Assembly (NCBI GenBank): GCA_030684405.1
Contig: JAUXYA010000024.1
Location: 82,657 to 146,656 of the forward strand
From: Burkholderiales bacterium
GTDB taxonomy: Bacteria; Pseudomonadota; Gammaproteobacteria; Burkholderiales; SG8-41
Direction of reading: 5' to 3'
DNA: 64,000 bases
This document shows, one piece after another, positions 27,031-36,854 of the stretch; the first letter of the stretch is position 1; every line of letters starts with the position of its first letter. A program made the position numbers and the translations under genes. The notes under the pieces are model-generated. The model saw nothing but the letters and a program-made list of their open reading frames with translations, was not told where the DNA came from and ran no database searches.

Positions 27031-27798
27031 GTGCACATCACCACCATCGGTCGATACACCGCGCTCGAAGCACTGCGCACCCGCGTTCCGGCCACCACGC
27101 TGTTGACCCTGTGCGTCCTGCTCGGCGCCAGCCTGTTCGTACGCGAACTTGCGGTCACCGAAAGCGCTCGCTTCCAGACCGGTTTCTACGCAGCGGCAGC
27201 ACGGTTCTGCGCAGTGTTCATCGCCGGTCTCTACGTGCTCGCCAGCATAACCCGGGAATTCAACGACAAGGGGCTTGAGGTACTGCTCGCGCTCGACGTG
27301 CCACGCAGCCATTATATCTGCGGCAAGCTGGGCGGCTTCGTGTTGACGGCAACCGGAATCGCGGTCCTGTTGTCCTTGCCGCTGTGGCTGCTAGCGCCGG
27401 CGTCAGCAGTGCTGCTGTGGACGGCCTCACTGGCAATCGAGTTGGCAATCGTTGTTGCACTGGCCCTGTTCTGCATCATCACCTTCAACCAGTTGCTGCC
27501 GGCTGCGGGCTTCGTCGCCGCGTTCTACCTCCTTGCCCGCAGCATCACCGCCATGCGTCTGATGAGTGCACATCCGGTGGCCGGCCAGGACACGCTGTCG
27601 CACCAGGTCACCAGCGCACTGGTCGATGGTCTTGCCTTCCTCTTGCCGGCGCTGGACACGTGGACACAAACCGCCTGGCTGGTCGATGGGCCGTCCGGTG
27701 GCGCCACCCTCATGGCCACGCTCGTAATCCAGGGGGCTGTCTACGTCGCCCTGCTGACTGCGGCGGCACTGTTCGACTTTTACCGCCGGAGCCTCTGA
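27031..27798 (+). CDS. ABC-2 family permease (NosY-like), with no adjacent ATPase
   Basis: Six predicted TM segments and the loop REFNDKGLEVLLALDVPRSHYICGKLGGF, typical of ABC-2 permeases. The likely GTG start is at 27031; the ORF track starts at 26953. Confidence 0.65.
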   Translation: MHITTIGRYTALEALRTRVPATTLLTLCVLLGASLFVRELAVTESARFQTGFYAAAARFCAVFIAGLYVLASITREFNDKGLEVLLALDVPRSHYICGKLGGFVLTATGIAVLLSLPLWLLAPASAVLLWTASLAIELAIVVALALFCIITFNQLLPAAGFVAAFYLLARSITAMRLMSAHPVAGQDTLSHQVTSALVDGLAFLLPALDTWTQTAWLVDGPSGGATLMATLVIQGAVYVALLTAAALFDFYRRSL

Positions 27799-28542
27799 TT
27801 GCCTGTCATCGGCGCCACCGAGGAACGCAACTTGCGTGCGGTGCCGCGCGGCGTCGGATGGCTGCTGGCTGCCACACTTGCGGCCCAGTTCTGGTGGCAC
27901 GCACAGGGCCCGCTGCCCGAAGCCCGCGCTGTTGACCTGCCGCCGGCGCCCCATGCCGGCCTATTGCGTGCCGCCAGTTTCGGCGAACCCGTTGCCGCGG
28001 CGCAGATGCTGCTGCTCTACCTGCAGGCCTTCGACAACCAGCCCGGCATCAGTATTCCCTTCGCCGAACTTGATTACGTGCGGGTGATGGGCTGGCTGGA
28101 GGCAGCGCTGCGTTTAGACAGCCGCACGAACTACCCGCTGATGATGGCGTCACAACTCTACGGCCAGGTCGCAGACCCCGCCAAACAACGTGCGATGTGC
28201 GATTTCGTGCATGCGCGTTTTCTGGAGGCGCCGGATCTGCGCTGGCGCTGGCTCGCACACTGCGCAATCATGGCCAAGCACCGCCTGCGTGATACCAATC
28301 TCGCGTTGCGCTACGCGGCGGACATCACCCGCCACGCCGGTAGCGCTTCGGGCTGGGCGCGGCAGATGCAGGTGTTTATCCTTGAGGATCTCGGGGAAAC
28401 GGACAGCGCAAGAATCCTGCTCGGCGGCCTTCTGGCAAATGACGAAGTGAAGGACCCCGCCGAACTGCATTTCCTGACCGAGCGCCTGAAAGCGCTGGAA
28501 AGTAGTGAAAAACCGCCATCATCGTCGAAATTCCGACAGTAA
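27799..28542 (+). CDS. Hypothetical protein with an N-terminal TM segment and a helical-repeat body
   Basis: 247-aa ORF with a TTG start immediately after the permease stop. I recognised no motif. Confidence 0.45.
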   Translation: MPVIGATEERNLRAVPRGVGWLLAATLAAQFWWHAQGPLPEARAVDLPPAPHAGLLRAASFGEPVAAAQMLLLYLQAFDNQPGISIPFAELDYVRVMGWLEAALRLDSRTNYPLMMASQLYGQVADPAKQRAMCDFVHARFLEAPDLRWRWLAHCAIMAKHRLRDTNLALRYAADITRHAGSASGWARQMQVFILEDLGETDSARILLGGLLANDEVKDPAELHFLTERLKALESSEKPPSSSKFRQ

Positions 28543-28617
28543 TCGTCGGACTTCCGTCTGCCCTATTCAGCTCTGAAAGCCGGCGCGCTGGTTGCACAGC
28601 CTCAACCAGGGTTAAAA

Positions 28618-28640
28618 TATCAATAAAAACAAGTACTTAT
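28618..28640 (+). repeat. AT-rich 23-nt motif, copy 4 (tatcaatAAAAACAAgtacttat)
   Basis: Intergenic, about 70-90 nt upstream of the sigma-54 promoter of the pilin gene. Confidence 0.8.
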
Positions 28641-28706
28641 GTCACATCTCCCAGCAATGCCCGCCCCCCCCCTGCCACGGTACGGACCCCTTGGCCCAGG
28701 ATTGAG

Positions 28707-28722
28707 TGGTACGGACTTTGCA
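28707..28722 (+). promoter_or_regulatory. Sigma-54 (-24/-12) promoter TGGTACG-gact-TTGCA for the pilin gene
   Basis: It matches TGGCACG-N4-TTGCW at all but one position with exact GG-N10-GC spacing. It lies 47 nt upstream of the pilin ATG. Confidence 0.65.
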
Positions 28723-28768
28723 TATGCTCAGGCACTGTTTCCGCTCACGGGCGGCAAAGGGAGAAAAA

Positions 28769-29443
28769 ATGAAACGGCAACAAGGGTTTACATTAATTGA
28801 GATCGCGATTGTGCTGGTCATCATCGGACTGCTGCTCGGTGGTGTGCTGAAGGGCCAGGAGCTGATCACCAGCGCCCGTGTGCGCAACGTCATCTCGTCG
28901 CAGGACGGCATCAAGGCTGCCTACTTCGGCTTCCTCGACCGCTACCGTGCACTGCCCGGCGACTACCTTGAGGTTTCCGCTAGAGCCAACATCCCTGGCT
29001 GCGGCGGCTGCTTCGGTGGCAACGGCAATGGCCAGATTGTCACCGACGGCACCAGCTCGGAAGCCGTGCATGTCTGGGAACATTTGTCCAAAGCGGGTTT
29101 CATCACCGGGAGTTACGTGTCGGGTGCTGCAGTGGCTGCCCCAACAACGGCCAATACGCCCTCGAATCCCTACGGCTCTCTTATTCAGTTGATTTTCGAC
29201 AACGTGTACCAGGATCCCGCCCCGGCCAACCGCCACAACCTCAAGACTGGTGCGAACATCCCCTCGGATATCATGGCCGAAGTTGACCGCAAGGTTGACG
29301 ATGGTCTGGGCAACGGCGGCCAACTGCGCTTCTCGACATTTGGTGGCGCAGTTAACGGTGCACAGGAATGTTTCAACACCACGACGGGCGCCTGGCAATC
29401 CGCCAATCCCAATGCCAACTGTGGCGGCGCACTGTTATTCTGA
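28769..29443 (+). CDS. Type IV pilin / major pseudopilin (MshA-like)
   Basis: MKRQQGFTLIEIAIVLVIIGLLLGGVLKGQE carries the class III signal G/FTLIE. An RBS (gggagaaaaaATG) precedes it and a strong terminator follows. Confidence 0.87.
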   Translation: MKRQQGFTLIEIAIVLVIIGLLLGGVLKGQELITSARVRNVISSQDGIKAAYFGFLDRYRALPGDYLEVSARANIPGCGGCFGGNGNGQIVTDGTSSEAVHVWEHLSKAGFITGSYVSGAAVAAPTTANTPSNPYGSLIQLIFDNVYQDPAPANRHNLKTGANIPSDIMAEVDRKVDDGLGNGGQLRFSTFGGAVNGAQECFNTTTGAWQSANPNANCGGALLF

Positions 29444-29463
29444 CCAAAAAAGCGTCAACGAAA

Positions 29464-29487
29464 AGCCCGCGATAGCGGGCTTTTTTA
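29464..29487 (+). terminator. Rho-independent terminator after the pilin gene
   Basis: The stem agcccgc-gata-gcgggct is followed by TTTTTT. Confidence 0.8.
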
Positions 29488-29512
29488 TTGGTCGCTGCAC
29501 GCGTAGTTCGGC

Positions 29513-30028
29513 CTAACCCTGTAGCAACTGCATTTCCGCGGCGGCCACCGCCGCCTCGATGCCCATCAGCACCACCACGTCGCCTTCCTCAATGCGCATG
29601 TCCGGAGCGAGCGCCGCGGTCTTCACGTTGCGGCGGCGCAGAGCGGTCACCTCGGCACCCGAGCCGGTGAGGTTGATCTCGCTGAAGGGCTTGCCGATGG
29701 CCTTGGCGCCTGCGGTCAGCAGCACGGAATGCAGTCGCGGCTGCAGCGCCTGGTCGCCGCCCTCGCTGGCATCGGTCATGCCGCGGAAAAAGCCGCGGAA
29801 CAGTTCGTAACGGCTTTCCCGCGTCTCGCGGATACGGCGCAACACCCGGTTAAGCGGCACCCCGACCAGCATCAGCGTGCTAGAGGCCAGCATCAGGCTC
29901 GCCTCCATCAGGTCGGCGACCACTTCGGTGGCTCCGGCAATACGCAGCTTTTCGACGTCGCTGTCGTCTAGTCGCACGACCACCGGCAGGCCGGGGCGCG
30001 GCAGGGTACTTGCTATAATTTCGACCAT
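29513..30028 (-). pseudogene. C-terminal RCK (end of TrkA-N plus TrkA-C) remnant of a CPA2 K+/H+ antiporter (KefB/YbaL-like)
   Basis: The sequence LPVVVRLDDSDVEKLRIAGATEVVADLMEASLMLAS...RRIRETRESRYELFRGFF...EEGDVVVLMG matches the last ~170 aa of ~650-aa CPA2 proteins. The membrane domain and the GxGxxG part are absent, and further upstream the frame is only the antisense of kdsD. Confidence 0.55.
30011..30019 (+). promoter_or_regulatory. Possible extended -10 element TGcTATAAT, 7 nt upstream of the kdsD ATG
   Basis: Read directly from the sequence. No convincing -35 element is present. It would place the transcription start at or next to the ATG. Confidence 0.3.
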
Positions 30029-31019
30029 GAGCAAACCCCACGACGGCACCGGCGCCGGCACCGCGATCGCGGCGGCCCGTGAGGTGCTCGCCATCGAAGC
30101 CCGGGCCATCTCCGACCTGATTCCGCAGGTCGACGAATCCTTTGAGCGGGCCATCCGCACCATCCTGCAATGCCGCGGCCGCGTGGTTGTCAGCGGCATC
30201 GGCAAATCGGGCCACATCGCCCGCAAGATCGCATCCACGCTGGCGAGCACCGGCACGCCGGCCTTCTTCGTGCACCCCGCCGAAGCAAGCCACGGCGATC
30301 TCGGCATGGTCACCCGGGACGATGTGTTCCTTGCGTTGTCCAACTCCGGTGAAAGCGCCGAGCTGCTGACGATCATTCCGGTGCTCAAGCGCCAGGGCGC
30401 GAAACTCGTCGCGCTGACCGGCAATGCCGCTTCGACGCTGGGCCGCGAGGCCGACGTGCACCTGTATGCCGGCGCCGCGCTCGAAGCCTGCCCGCTGAAC
30501 CTGGCGCCGACCGCCAGCACTACGGCGACACTGGCTCTGGGGGACGCCATCGCCGTCGCACTGATGCGGGCTCGCGGCTTCACACAGGACGAATTTGCGC
30601 GCTCACATCCAGGCGGATCGCTGGGCCGCAGGCTGCTGACCCTGGTCCGCGACGTGATGCGTTCCGGACCCGACGCGCCGCGGGTCAATACAACGGCGAC
30701 GCTGACCGACACGCTGCTTGAAATGTCACGCGGCCGGATGGGCATGACCGCCGTGGTCGACGCAGCGCAGGTCGTGCAGGGCGTATTTACCGACGGCGAC
30801 CTGCGGCGTGCGATCGAAAAAGGCCAGGACCTGCGCAAGACGGCGATCCGCGACATCATGTCGGCGAATCCGCGCACCATAGGCCCCGACCGACTTGCCG
30901 CCGAAGCCGTTGAAATCATGGAGCGCAGCAAGGTCAACCAACTGCTGGTCGTCGATGACGAGCATAAGCTGCTGGGCGCGCTGAACATCCATGACCTGTT
31001 CCGCGGCAAAGTGGTCTGA
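30027..31019 (+). CDS. kdsD: Arabinose-5-phosphate isomerase
   Basis: It has a SIS domain (VVVSGIGKSGHIARKIASTLASTGTPAFFVHPAEASHGDLGM) plus tandem CBS domains. Confidence 0.93.
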   Translation: MSKPHDGTGAGTAIAAAREVLAIEARAISDLIPQVDESFERAIRTILQCRGRVVVSGIGKSGHIARKIASTLASTGTPAFFVHPAEASHGDLGMVTRDDVFLALSNSGESAELLTIIPVLKRQGAKLVALTGNAASTLGREADVHLYAGAALEACPLNLAPTASTTATLALGDAIAVALMRARGFTQDEFARSHPGGSLGRRLLTLVRDVMRSGPDAPRVNTTATLTDTLLEMSRGRMGMTAVVDAAQVVQGVFTDGDLRRAIEKGQDLRKTAIRDIMSANPRTIGPDRLAAEAVEIMERSKVNQLLVVDDEHKLLGALNIHDLFRGKVV

Positions 31020-31042
31020 CCGGCCATCCCGCGCCTGAACCC

Positions 31043-31576
31043 ATGACCGGCACCCGGACATCGCCTACGATCAGGCTCGCGGCGTTCGACGTCGACGGCG
31101 TGCTGACCGACGGCGGCCTGCACTATGCCGATGCCGGCGATGCCATGAAGACCTTTGACGTGCGCGACGGCATGGGCATCCGCCTGCTGCAGGAAGCCGG
31201 CATCGAGGTCGCCATCATCACCAGCCGCAAGGCGCCGATGGTGGCGGCACGCGCAAGCGATCTCGGCATACGCCATCTGCAGCAGGGTGTGCAGGACAAG
31301 GCGGCCGCATTCGCCGACCTGCTCGCCGGGCTCGCCATGCCGCCCGAAACCAGCGCTTTCATGGGCGATGACCTGGTCGACCTCCCGGCCTTCCAGCTGT
31401 GCGGCTTCGCGGTCACCGTGGCCGACGCGCCGGCACTGCTGAAACGCCATGCCCACCACGTCACCCGCGCGCGCGGCGGGCACGGCGCGGTGCGTGAGTT
31501 CTGCGAACTGCTGCTGCACCGGCAGGGCGCTCTGGCGGCGCAGACGCGACGCTTCCTGAACAAGGCGCGGGGCTGA
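31043..31576 (+). CDS. kdsC: 3-deoxy-D-manno-octulosonate 8-phosphate phosphatase
   Basis: It has the HAD-IIIA motifs FDVDGVLTDG and GDDLVDLP. Confidence 0.92.
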   Translation: MTGTRTSPTIRLAAFDVDGVLTDGGLHYADAGDAMKTFDVRDGMGIRLLQEAGIEVAIITSRKAPMVAARASDLGIRHLQQGVQDKAAAFADLLAGLAMPPETSAFMGDDLVDLPAFQLCGFAVTVADAPALLKRHAHHVTRARGGHGAVREFCELLLHRQGALAAQTRRFLNKARG

Positions 31577-31578
31577 AG

Positions 31579-32175
31579 ATGCTGCGCGCAATACCGCGAC
31601 TTTCCGGTTTTTTTCCACTGCTGCTGTTGGCAGTGCTTGCCGCCCTGACCTTCTGGCTTAACCAAGCCATGCAGCCGAACGTCGCGCCGGTGGAAAGCCA
31701 GCGCGAGGACCCCGACTCCATCGTCGACAACGTCACAGCGTACCGCATGGATGCCAACGGCAACATCAAGCACACCCTGCACGCGCGGCGCATGACCCAT
31801 TATCCGCATGACGGCAGCAACCACCTTGTCGCGCCGCATTTCACCAGCAATGCGTCAGCGCGTGCGCCGATGACCATCACCTCGCGCACCGCGCGCATCT
31901 CCAGCGGCGGCGAGCATGTCTACTTTGAAACCGACGTGCGTGCGGTGCGCGCTGCTTACGACGGCCATAGCGAAATGGTCATGGAAACCAGTTTTCTGCA
32001 TGTGACGCCGGACGAGAACATCGCGCGCACCGACAAGCCGGTCACCATCACCGACGCCAATACCGTTGCGCACGCGATTGGCTTAGAATTGAACAGTGAA
32101 ACCCGCATCATCAAATTCCTGTCAAGCTTCCGCGGCACCTACCATGATCCCGATCGCGCAAAAAGCCGCCGCTGA
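31579..32175 (+). CDS. lptC: LPS export system protein LptC
   Basis: 198 aa with an N-terminal TM anchor. It sits between kdsC and lptA. Confidence 0.85.
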   Translation: MLRAIPRLSGFFPLLLLAVLAALTFWLNQAMQPNVAPVESQREDPDSIVDNVTAYRMDANGNIKHTLHARRMTHYPHDGSNHLVAPHFTSNASARAPMTITSRTARISSGGEHVYFETDVRAVRAAYDGHSEMVMETSFLHVTPDENIARTDKPVTITDANTVAHAIGLELNSETRIIKFLSSFRGTYHDPDRAKSRR

Positions 32176-32773
32176 ACTTGCGCATGCCGCGCGGTGCGTG
32201 ATCCTCGGGGCGCTGCTGCTGGCCGCCCCGGCCTTCGCCGAAAAAGCTGACCGTGAAAAGCCGATCAACATCGAAGCAGACCGCGTGACTGTCGATGATG
32301 CAAAGCAGATCTCGACTTTCGAGGGACGCGTCGTGCTCACCCAGGGCACGCTGGTCATCCGCGGCGACCGCATGGAGGTGCGTCAGGACAGCCAGGGATT
32401 CAATAGCGGCATCACCTGGGGCAATCTTGCCTACTTCCGGCAGAAGCGCGAGGGTCATGACGAAATTATCGAAGGCTGGGCCGAGCGCATCGAATACGAC
32501 AGCCGTGCCGACAAGCTGCAGATGTTCAACCGCGCATCAATGAAAAAAACCGGTGGCGACGAGGTTCACGGAAACTACATCTCTTACGACGGCAACACCG
32601 AGTTCTTCCAGGTCATCGGCGGCGGCGCAAAGGCGGCGGAATCGCGCGATGGCCGGGTGCGCGCGGTACTGCAGCCCAAACCCAAGGCCAAACCGGAGCC
32701 CCAGCCGCCGGTATCGCTGAAACCCGAGGCGATGCTCTCCTCGCCCCGTGGCGAGTTGACCGCGCCCCGCTGA
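32144..32773 (+). CDS. lptA: LPS transport periplasmic protein LptA
   Basis: It has a signal peptide ending PAFA and the OstA-like sequence [13 protein letters not shown]...[22 protein letters not shown]. Confidence 0.88.
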   Translation: MIPIAQKAAAELAHAARCVILGALLLAAPAFAEKADREKPINIEADRVTVDDAKQISTFEGRVVLTQGTLVIRGDRMEVRQDSQGFNSGITWGNLAYFRQKREGHDEIIEGWAERIEYDSRADKLQMFNRASMKKTGGDEVHGNYISYDGNTEFFQVIGGGAKAAESRDGRVRAVLQPKPKAKPEPQPPVSLKPEAMLSSPRGELTAPR

Positions 32774-32780
32774 ACGCGCC

Positions 32781-33560
32781 GTGGATTCCGTGGAACAGAC
32801 GCCAGCCGCAGCAAGCCGGGATGTGTCCGCCCGCGACGGCTTCCTGCTGAAGGCCGAAAACCTGAAAAAGCGTTACCGCACGCGCACGGTAGTCAAGGAT
32901 GTGTCGCTGGAAGTGCGCAGCGGCGAGGTGGTCGGGCTGCTCGGTCCCAACGGCGCAGGCAAGACCACCTGCTTCTACATGATGGTGGGGCTGGTCGCGA
33001 TGGACGGCGGCGAACTCTATCTCGATGATATGCGGCTCACCCACATGCCGATGCACCGTCGCGCCCGGCTCGGGCTTAGCTACCTGCCGCAGGAGGCTTC
33101 GATATTCCGCCGGCTGACGGTTGCCGACAACGTGCGTGCGATCCTCGAGCTCTACCACGACACGGCCGATGCCATCGAATCCCGCCTTGACGCGCTGCTG
33201 CAGGATCTGCATGTCGGCCACCTGCGCAACAATCCGGCCATCAGCCTGTCCGGCGGAGAGCGCCGCCGCGTCGAAATCGCACGTGCGCTGGCGACCGAAC
33301 CGCGCTTCATTCTGCTCGACGAACCCTTCGCCGGTGTCGACCCGATCGCCGTCATCGAAATCCAGAAAATCATCGGCTTCCTGAGGGCGCGGGGGATTGG
33401 CGTGCTGATCACGGACCACAATGTCCGGGAAACCCTGGGCATCTGCGACAGGGCCTACATCATCAACGACGGCAGCGTGCTGGCCTGCGGCAAGCCCGAC
33501 GAGATCGTCTATAATGAGAGCGTAAGAAAAGTCTACCTCGGCGAGCATTTTCGCCTCTGA
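32781..33560 (+). CDS. lptB: LPS export ABC transporter ATP-binding protein LptB
   Basis: It has Walker [10 protein letters not shown], signature LSGGERRR and Walker [13 protein letters not shown]. The GTG start is uncertain by a few codons. Confidence 0.95.
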   Translation: MDSVEQTPAAASRDVSARDGFLLKAENLKKRYRTRTVVKDVSLEVRSGEVVGLLGPNGAGKTTCFYMMVGLVAMDGGELYLDDMRLTHMPMHRRARLGLSYLPQEASIFRRLTVADNVRAILELYHDTADAIESRLDALLQDLHVGHLRNNPAISLSGGERRRVEIARALATEPRFILLDEPFAGVDPIAVIEIQKIIGFLRARGIGVLITDHNVRETLGICDRAYIINDGSVLACGKPDEIVYNESVRKVYLGEHFRL

Positions 33561-33624
33561 GATGGCTAGCCGCACGTAACCGTCTGCGTGCGATCCCGGG
33601 AGGCGCTCCCCTGTCCGGACCCCG

Positions 33625-35061
33625 ATGAAACATTCCTTACAGCTCAGGCTTTCGCAACACCTCACGTTGACGCCGCAACTGCAGCAGTCGATCCGGCTGC
33701 TGCAGCTGTCCACGCTCGAGCTCAATCAGGAAATCGAAAGGCTGCTGCAGGACAACCCCCTGCTCGAGCGTGAGGACGGCACGGCGGAGACGCCGCCACT
33801 GGCCAACGACGCATCGTTACAGGCAGTCCCCGGCGACACGACGACACCGGATCCGGAGCCCGAGCCCACAACAACGGCGGAGGACGGCAGCACCTTTGAC
33901 ATGCAGGGCGGGGACGGCACTTCCTTTGGCAGCGGCGGCAACGATGAGGACGAGGACTACTCGCCGCTTGCCGAGCAGCCGGCGAACCTTCGCGAACACC
34001 TCACCGGGCAGCTGGCGCTGCTCCACCTCTCCGACCGCGACCGGCAACTGGTCGGCCTGCTGATCGACTCCCTCGACGAAGGCGGCTACATGACGCAGTC
34101 GCTGGAGGAAATCGCCGCGATGCTGCCCGACGAACTCGAGGTCGAGCCCGAGGAGCTGTCAATCGCGCTACAGCACTTGCAGCACCTGGAGCCGACCGGC
34201 GTCGGTGCACGCAGTCTCGCCGAGTGCCTCAGGCTGCAGCTTGACGCGCTGCCACCGGACACGCCTTACCGCGAGCAGGCGCAGGAGATCGTTCGCGAGC
34301 ACCTTGACGCTCTTGCGGCACGCGACTTCGCACGCCTGAAGCGCACACTCAAATGCGACGACAGCTGCCTGCGGGGCGTGCAGAAGCTGATTCTCAGCCT
34401 GAATCCGCGCCCCGGCCGGGAGTTCTCGGTGGAGGAAACGCGCTTCGTCGTGTCCGACGTCATCGTGCGCAAGCTCAAGGGCGTGTGGGTTGCCGCGCTG
34501 AATCCCGCTGCCATGCCCAAGCTCAAGGTGAACCGTCTGTATGCGGACATCCTGCAGCGCAACCGCGGCAGCAATTCGCAACAGATCACCGCGCAGCTGC
34601 AGGAAGCGAAATGGCTGATCAAGAACGTGCAGCAGCGTTTCGACACCATACTCCGCGTCTCGCAGGCCATCGTCGACAGGCAGCGCAATTTCCTTGAGCA
34701 CGGTGAAGTCGCAATGCGGCCGCTGGTGCTGCGTGAAATCGCCGACACCCTCGGCCTGCACGAGTCGACGGTGTCACGGGTGACCACCCAGAAGTTCATG
34801 CACACGCCGCGCGGCATTTTCGAGCTCAAGTATTTCTTCGGCAGCCATGTCGCCACCGAAGCCGGCGGCTCGGCATCAAGTACCGCGATCCGCGCCCTGA
34901 TCAAGCAGCTGGTCGGCGCCGAAAACACCCGGTCCCCGCTCAGCGATGGCCAGATATCGGAATTGCTGGGCCAGCAGGGTATAGTCGTGGCAAGACGCAC
35001 CATCGCGAAATACCGGGAATCCATGCATATTCTGCCCGTAAACCTCAGAAAGACCCTTTGA
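33625..35061 (+). CDS. rpoN: RNA polymerase sigma-54 factor
   Basis: It has the N-terminus [29 protein letters not shown] and the RpoN box [10 protein letters not shown]. Confidence 0.97.
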   Translation: MKHSLQLRLSQHLTLTPQLQQSIRLLQLSTLELNQEIERLLQDNPLLEREDGTAETPPLANDASLQAVPGDTTTPDPEPEPTTTAEDGSTFDMQGGDGTSFGSGGNDEDEDYSPLAEQPANLREHLTGQLALLHLSDRDRQLVGLLIDSLDEGGYMTQSLEEIAAMLPDELEVEPEELSIALQHLQHLEPTGVGARSLAECLRLQLDALPPDTPYREQAQEIVREHLDALAARDFARLKRTLKCDDSCLRGVQKLILSLNPRPGREFSVEETRFVVSDVIVRKLKGVWVAALNPAAMPKLKVNRLYADILQRNRGSNSQQITAQLQEAKWLIKNVQQRFDTILRVSQAIVDRQRNFLEHGEVAMRPLVLREIADTLGLHESTVSRVTTQKFMHTPRGIFELKYFFGSHVATEAGGSASSTAIRALIKQLVGAENTRSPLSDGQISELLGQQGIVVARRTIAKYRESMHILPVNLRKTL

Positions 35062-35077
35062 CAGAAAGAGCCATGCC

Positions 35078-35404
35078 ATGAACCTTCACCTTACCGGTCA
35101 TCACCTGCAAATCACCCCCGCCATCCGCGACCACGTGGCGACCAAGCTCGAGAAGATCATTTTGCATTTCGATCATGTCATCGAAATCAATGTGATCATG
35201 ACCGTCGAGAAACTCCAGCACAAAGTCGAGGCAACCGTTCACCTCAGCGGCAAGGACATTTTCTGCGAGGCGCGCGAGGAAGACATGTATGTGGCGATCG
35301 ACCATCTGGTCAACAAGCTCGACCGGGCGATCATCAAGCACAAGGAAAAAAACCTGTCGCACCGCCACGACGGCGACGCGCTGAAGCAGCAGGCAACCGA
35401 ATAA
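35078..35404 (+). CDS. hpf: Ribosome hibernation promoting factor
   Basis: 108 aa starting MNLHLTGHHLQITPAIRDHV. It sits in the conserved position after rpoN. Confidence 0.93.
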   Translation: MNLHLTGHHLQITPAIRDHVATKLEKIILHFDHVIEINVIMTVEKLQHKVEATVHLSGKDIFCEAREEDMYVAIDHLVNKLDRAIIKHKEKNLSHRHDGDALKQQATE

Positions 35405-35436
35405 ACCCGACATTACCGGCTACGGCCGCCACAACC

Positions 35437-35922
35437 ATGAACCTGATCGCCAAGCTGCTGCCCGAAAGCCACATTCTGCTGGATGCCGACCTGACCAGCA
35501 AAAAGCGGGTCTTCGAACAGGCCGGCCTTATATTTGAAAACACGGGCAGCGCCGGCCGCAATGTGGTGTTCGACTGCCTGTTCGCCCGGGAAAAACTCGG
35601 TTCCACCGGCCTCGGCCAGGGTGTCGCCATCCCGCACGGCCGCATCAAAGGCCTGAAGACGGCATCCGGAGCAATGATCCGGGTGCGCAATGCGATACCC
35701 TTCGATGCCCCGGACGGCCAGAACGTCAATCTGGTTTTTGTGCTGCTGGTGCCCGAGCGCGCCACCGACGAGCACCTGCAGATCCTGTCCGAGCTGGCGC
35801 AGATGTTCTGCGACAAGCCGTTCCGCGAACGGCTGCTCGCAGCTACAACGCCGGCGGAACTGCTGCAATTGATCACCTCATGGGAACCCGATGCCCCAGG
35901 TCAGCATAGCCCGGCTGTTTGA
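35437..35922 (+). CDS. ptsN: PTS IIA-like nitrogen regulatory protein PtsN
   Basis: It has the EIIA-Ntr motif GLGQGVAIPHGR. Confidence 0.9.
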   Translation: MNLIAKLLPESHILLDADLTSKKRVFEQAGLIFENTGSAGRNVVFDCLFAREKLGSTGLGQGVAIPHGRIKGLKTASGAMIRVRNAIPFDAPDGQNVNLVFVLLVPERATDEHLQILSELAQMFCDKPFRERLLAATTPAELLQLITSWEPDAPGQHSPAV

Positions 35923-36835
35923 AGACACCCGGGAGAAACTTCAGCTCACCTGGATTGCCGGCCAGGGCGGTGCCGGCAAGGGCATCGACAGCGAACTGAC
36001 CAAGGATTCCTCCAAGGGACTGGTCGGGCACCTCAACTTCATTCACCCCAACCTGATCCAGGTGCTCGGTGATTCCGAGGTGCAATACCTCAATGGACTG
36101 GAGGCCGCGGAGTGCAAGGCGTTGCTCGAGAAAGCCGCCATCCGCGAACTGGCCTGCTTCATCGTCGCCGGCGGCAACGCAGTGCCGCACGCACTGAAGG
36201 AAGTCGCGGAAGCAACGCAGACCCCGCTGTTTTCGTCGCCGATTCCCAGCGTCGAACTGATGTGGATCATGCGGCCGCAGCTCGCGCGCGAGCTCGCGGA
36301 ATCGGACACCACGCACGGCGTTTTCCTTGATGTGCTGGGCGTCGGCGTGCTGCTCACCGGGGATTCCGGCGTGGGAAAAAGCGAGCTCGGACTGGAGTTG
36401 ATCAGCCGCGGCAGCGGGCTGATCGCCGACGACGTCGTCGAACTCTACCGGCTGGGCCCGGAAAGCATCGAGGGGCGCTGCCCGCCGATGCTGCGCGACT
36501 TCCTCGAAGTACGCGGACTCGGCGTGCTCAACATCCGCACGATTTTCGGCGAGGCCGCGCTGCGCCCGCGCAAAAACGTCAAGCTGATCGTCCATCTTGA
36601 GCGCCCGAAGGGCGCCGACCCGACCCACCTCGAACGCCTGCCACTGAAACCTGGCACGGAATCGCTTATGGGCGTCGAGATCCACAAGGTCACCATTCCG
36701 GTCGCGGCAGGCCGCAATCTGGCTGTACTGACCGAGGCCGCCGTACGCAGCCACGTGCTGCAAATGCGCGGCATCGACAGCACGCGCGAATTCATCGAGC
36801 GCCAGGAACGCGCAATGAACCGTCGCGATGGCTGA
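35891..36835 (+). CDS. hprK: HPr kinase/phosphorylase
   Basis: It has the P-loop GDSGVGKSE and LEVRGLGVLNI. Confidence 0.93.
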   Translation: MPQVSIARLFEDTREKLQLTWIAGQGGAGKGIDSELTKDSSKGLVGHLNFIHPNLIQVLGDSEVQYLNGLEAAECKALLEKAAIRELACFIVAGGNAVPHALKEVAEATQTPLFSSPIPSVELMWIMRPQLARELAESDTTHGVFLDVLGVGVLLTGDSGVGKSELGLELISRGSGLIADDVVELYRLGPESIEGRCPPMLRDFLEVRGLGVLNIRTIFGEAALRPRKNVKLIVHLERPKGADPTHLERLPLKPGTESLMGVEIHKVTIPVAAGRNLAVLTEAAVRSHVLQMRGIDSTREFIERQERAMNRRDG

Positions 36836-36854
36836 CACCCGGACCGCTTCAGCG

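Noticed and set aside
28618-28640. The AT-rich motif as an IHF site, a Tus-type Ter site, a dif site or a parS site.
   Set aside because: IHF consensus WATCAANNNNTTR is met only in the ATCAA part, and only in some copies; the TTR position reads AAC. Resemblance to the E. coli Ter core GTTGTAAC is superficial. There is no XerCD-type palindrome or parS palindrome. These are kept only as hypotheses about the general class of function, not as identifications.
29513-31618. A 701-aa minus-strand ORF spanning kdsD and kdsC.
   Set aside because: Only the last ~170 residues resemble a real protein (the CPA2 RCK domain). The rest is the antisense frame of kdsD/kdsC and has shadow-frame composition.
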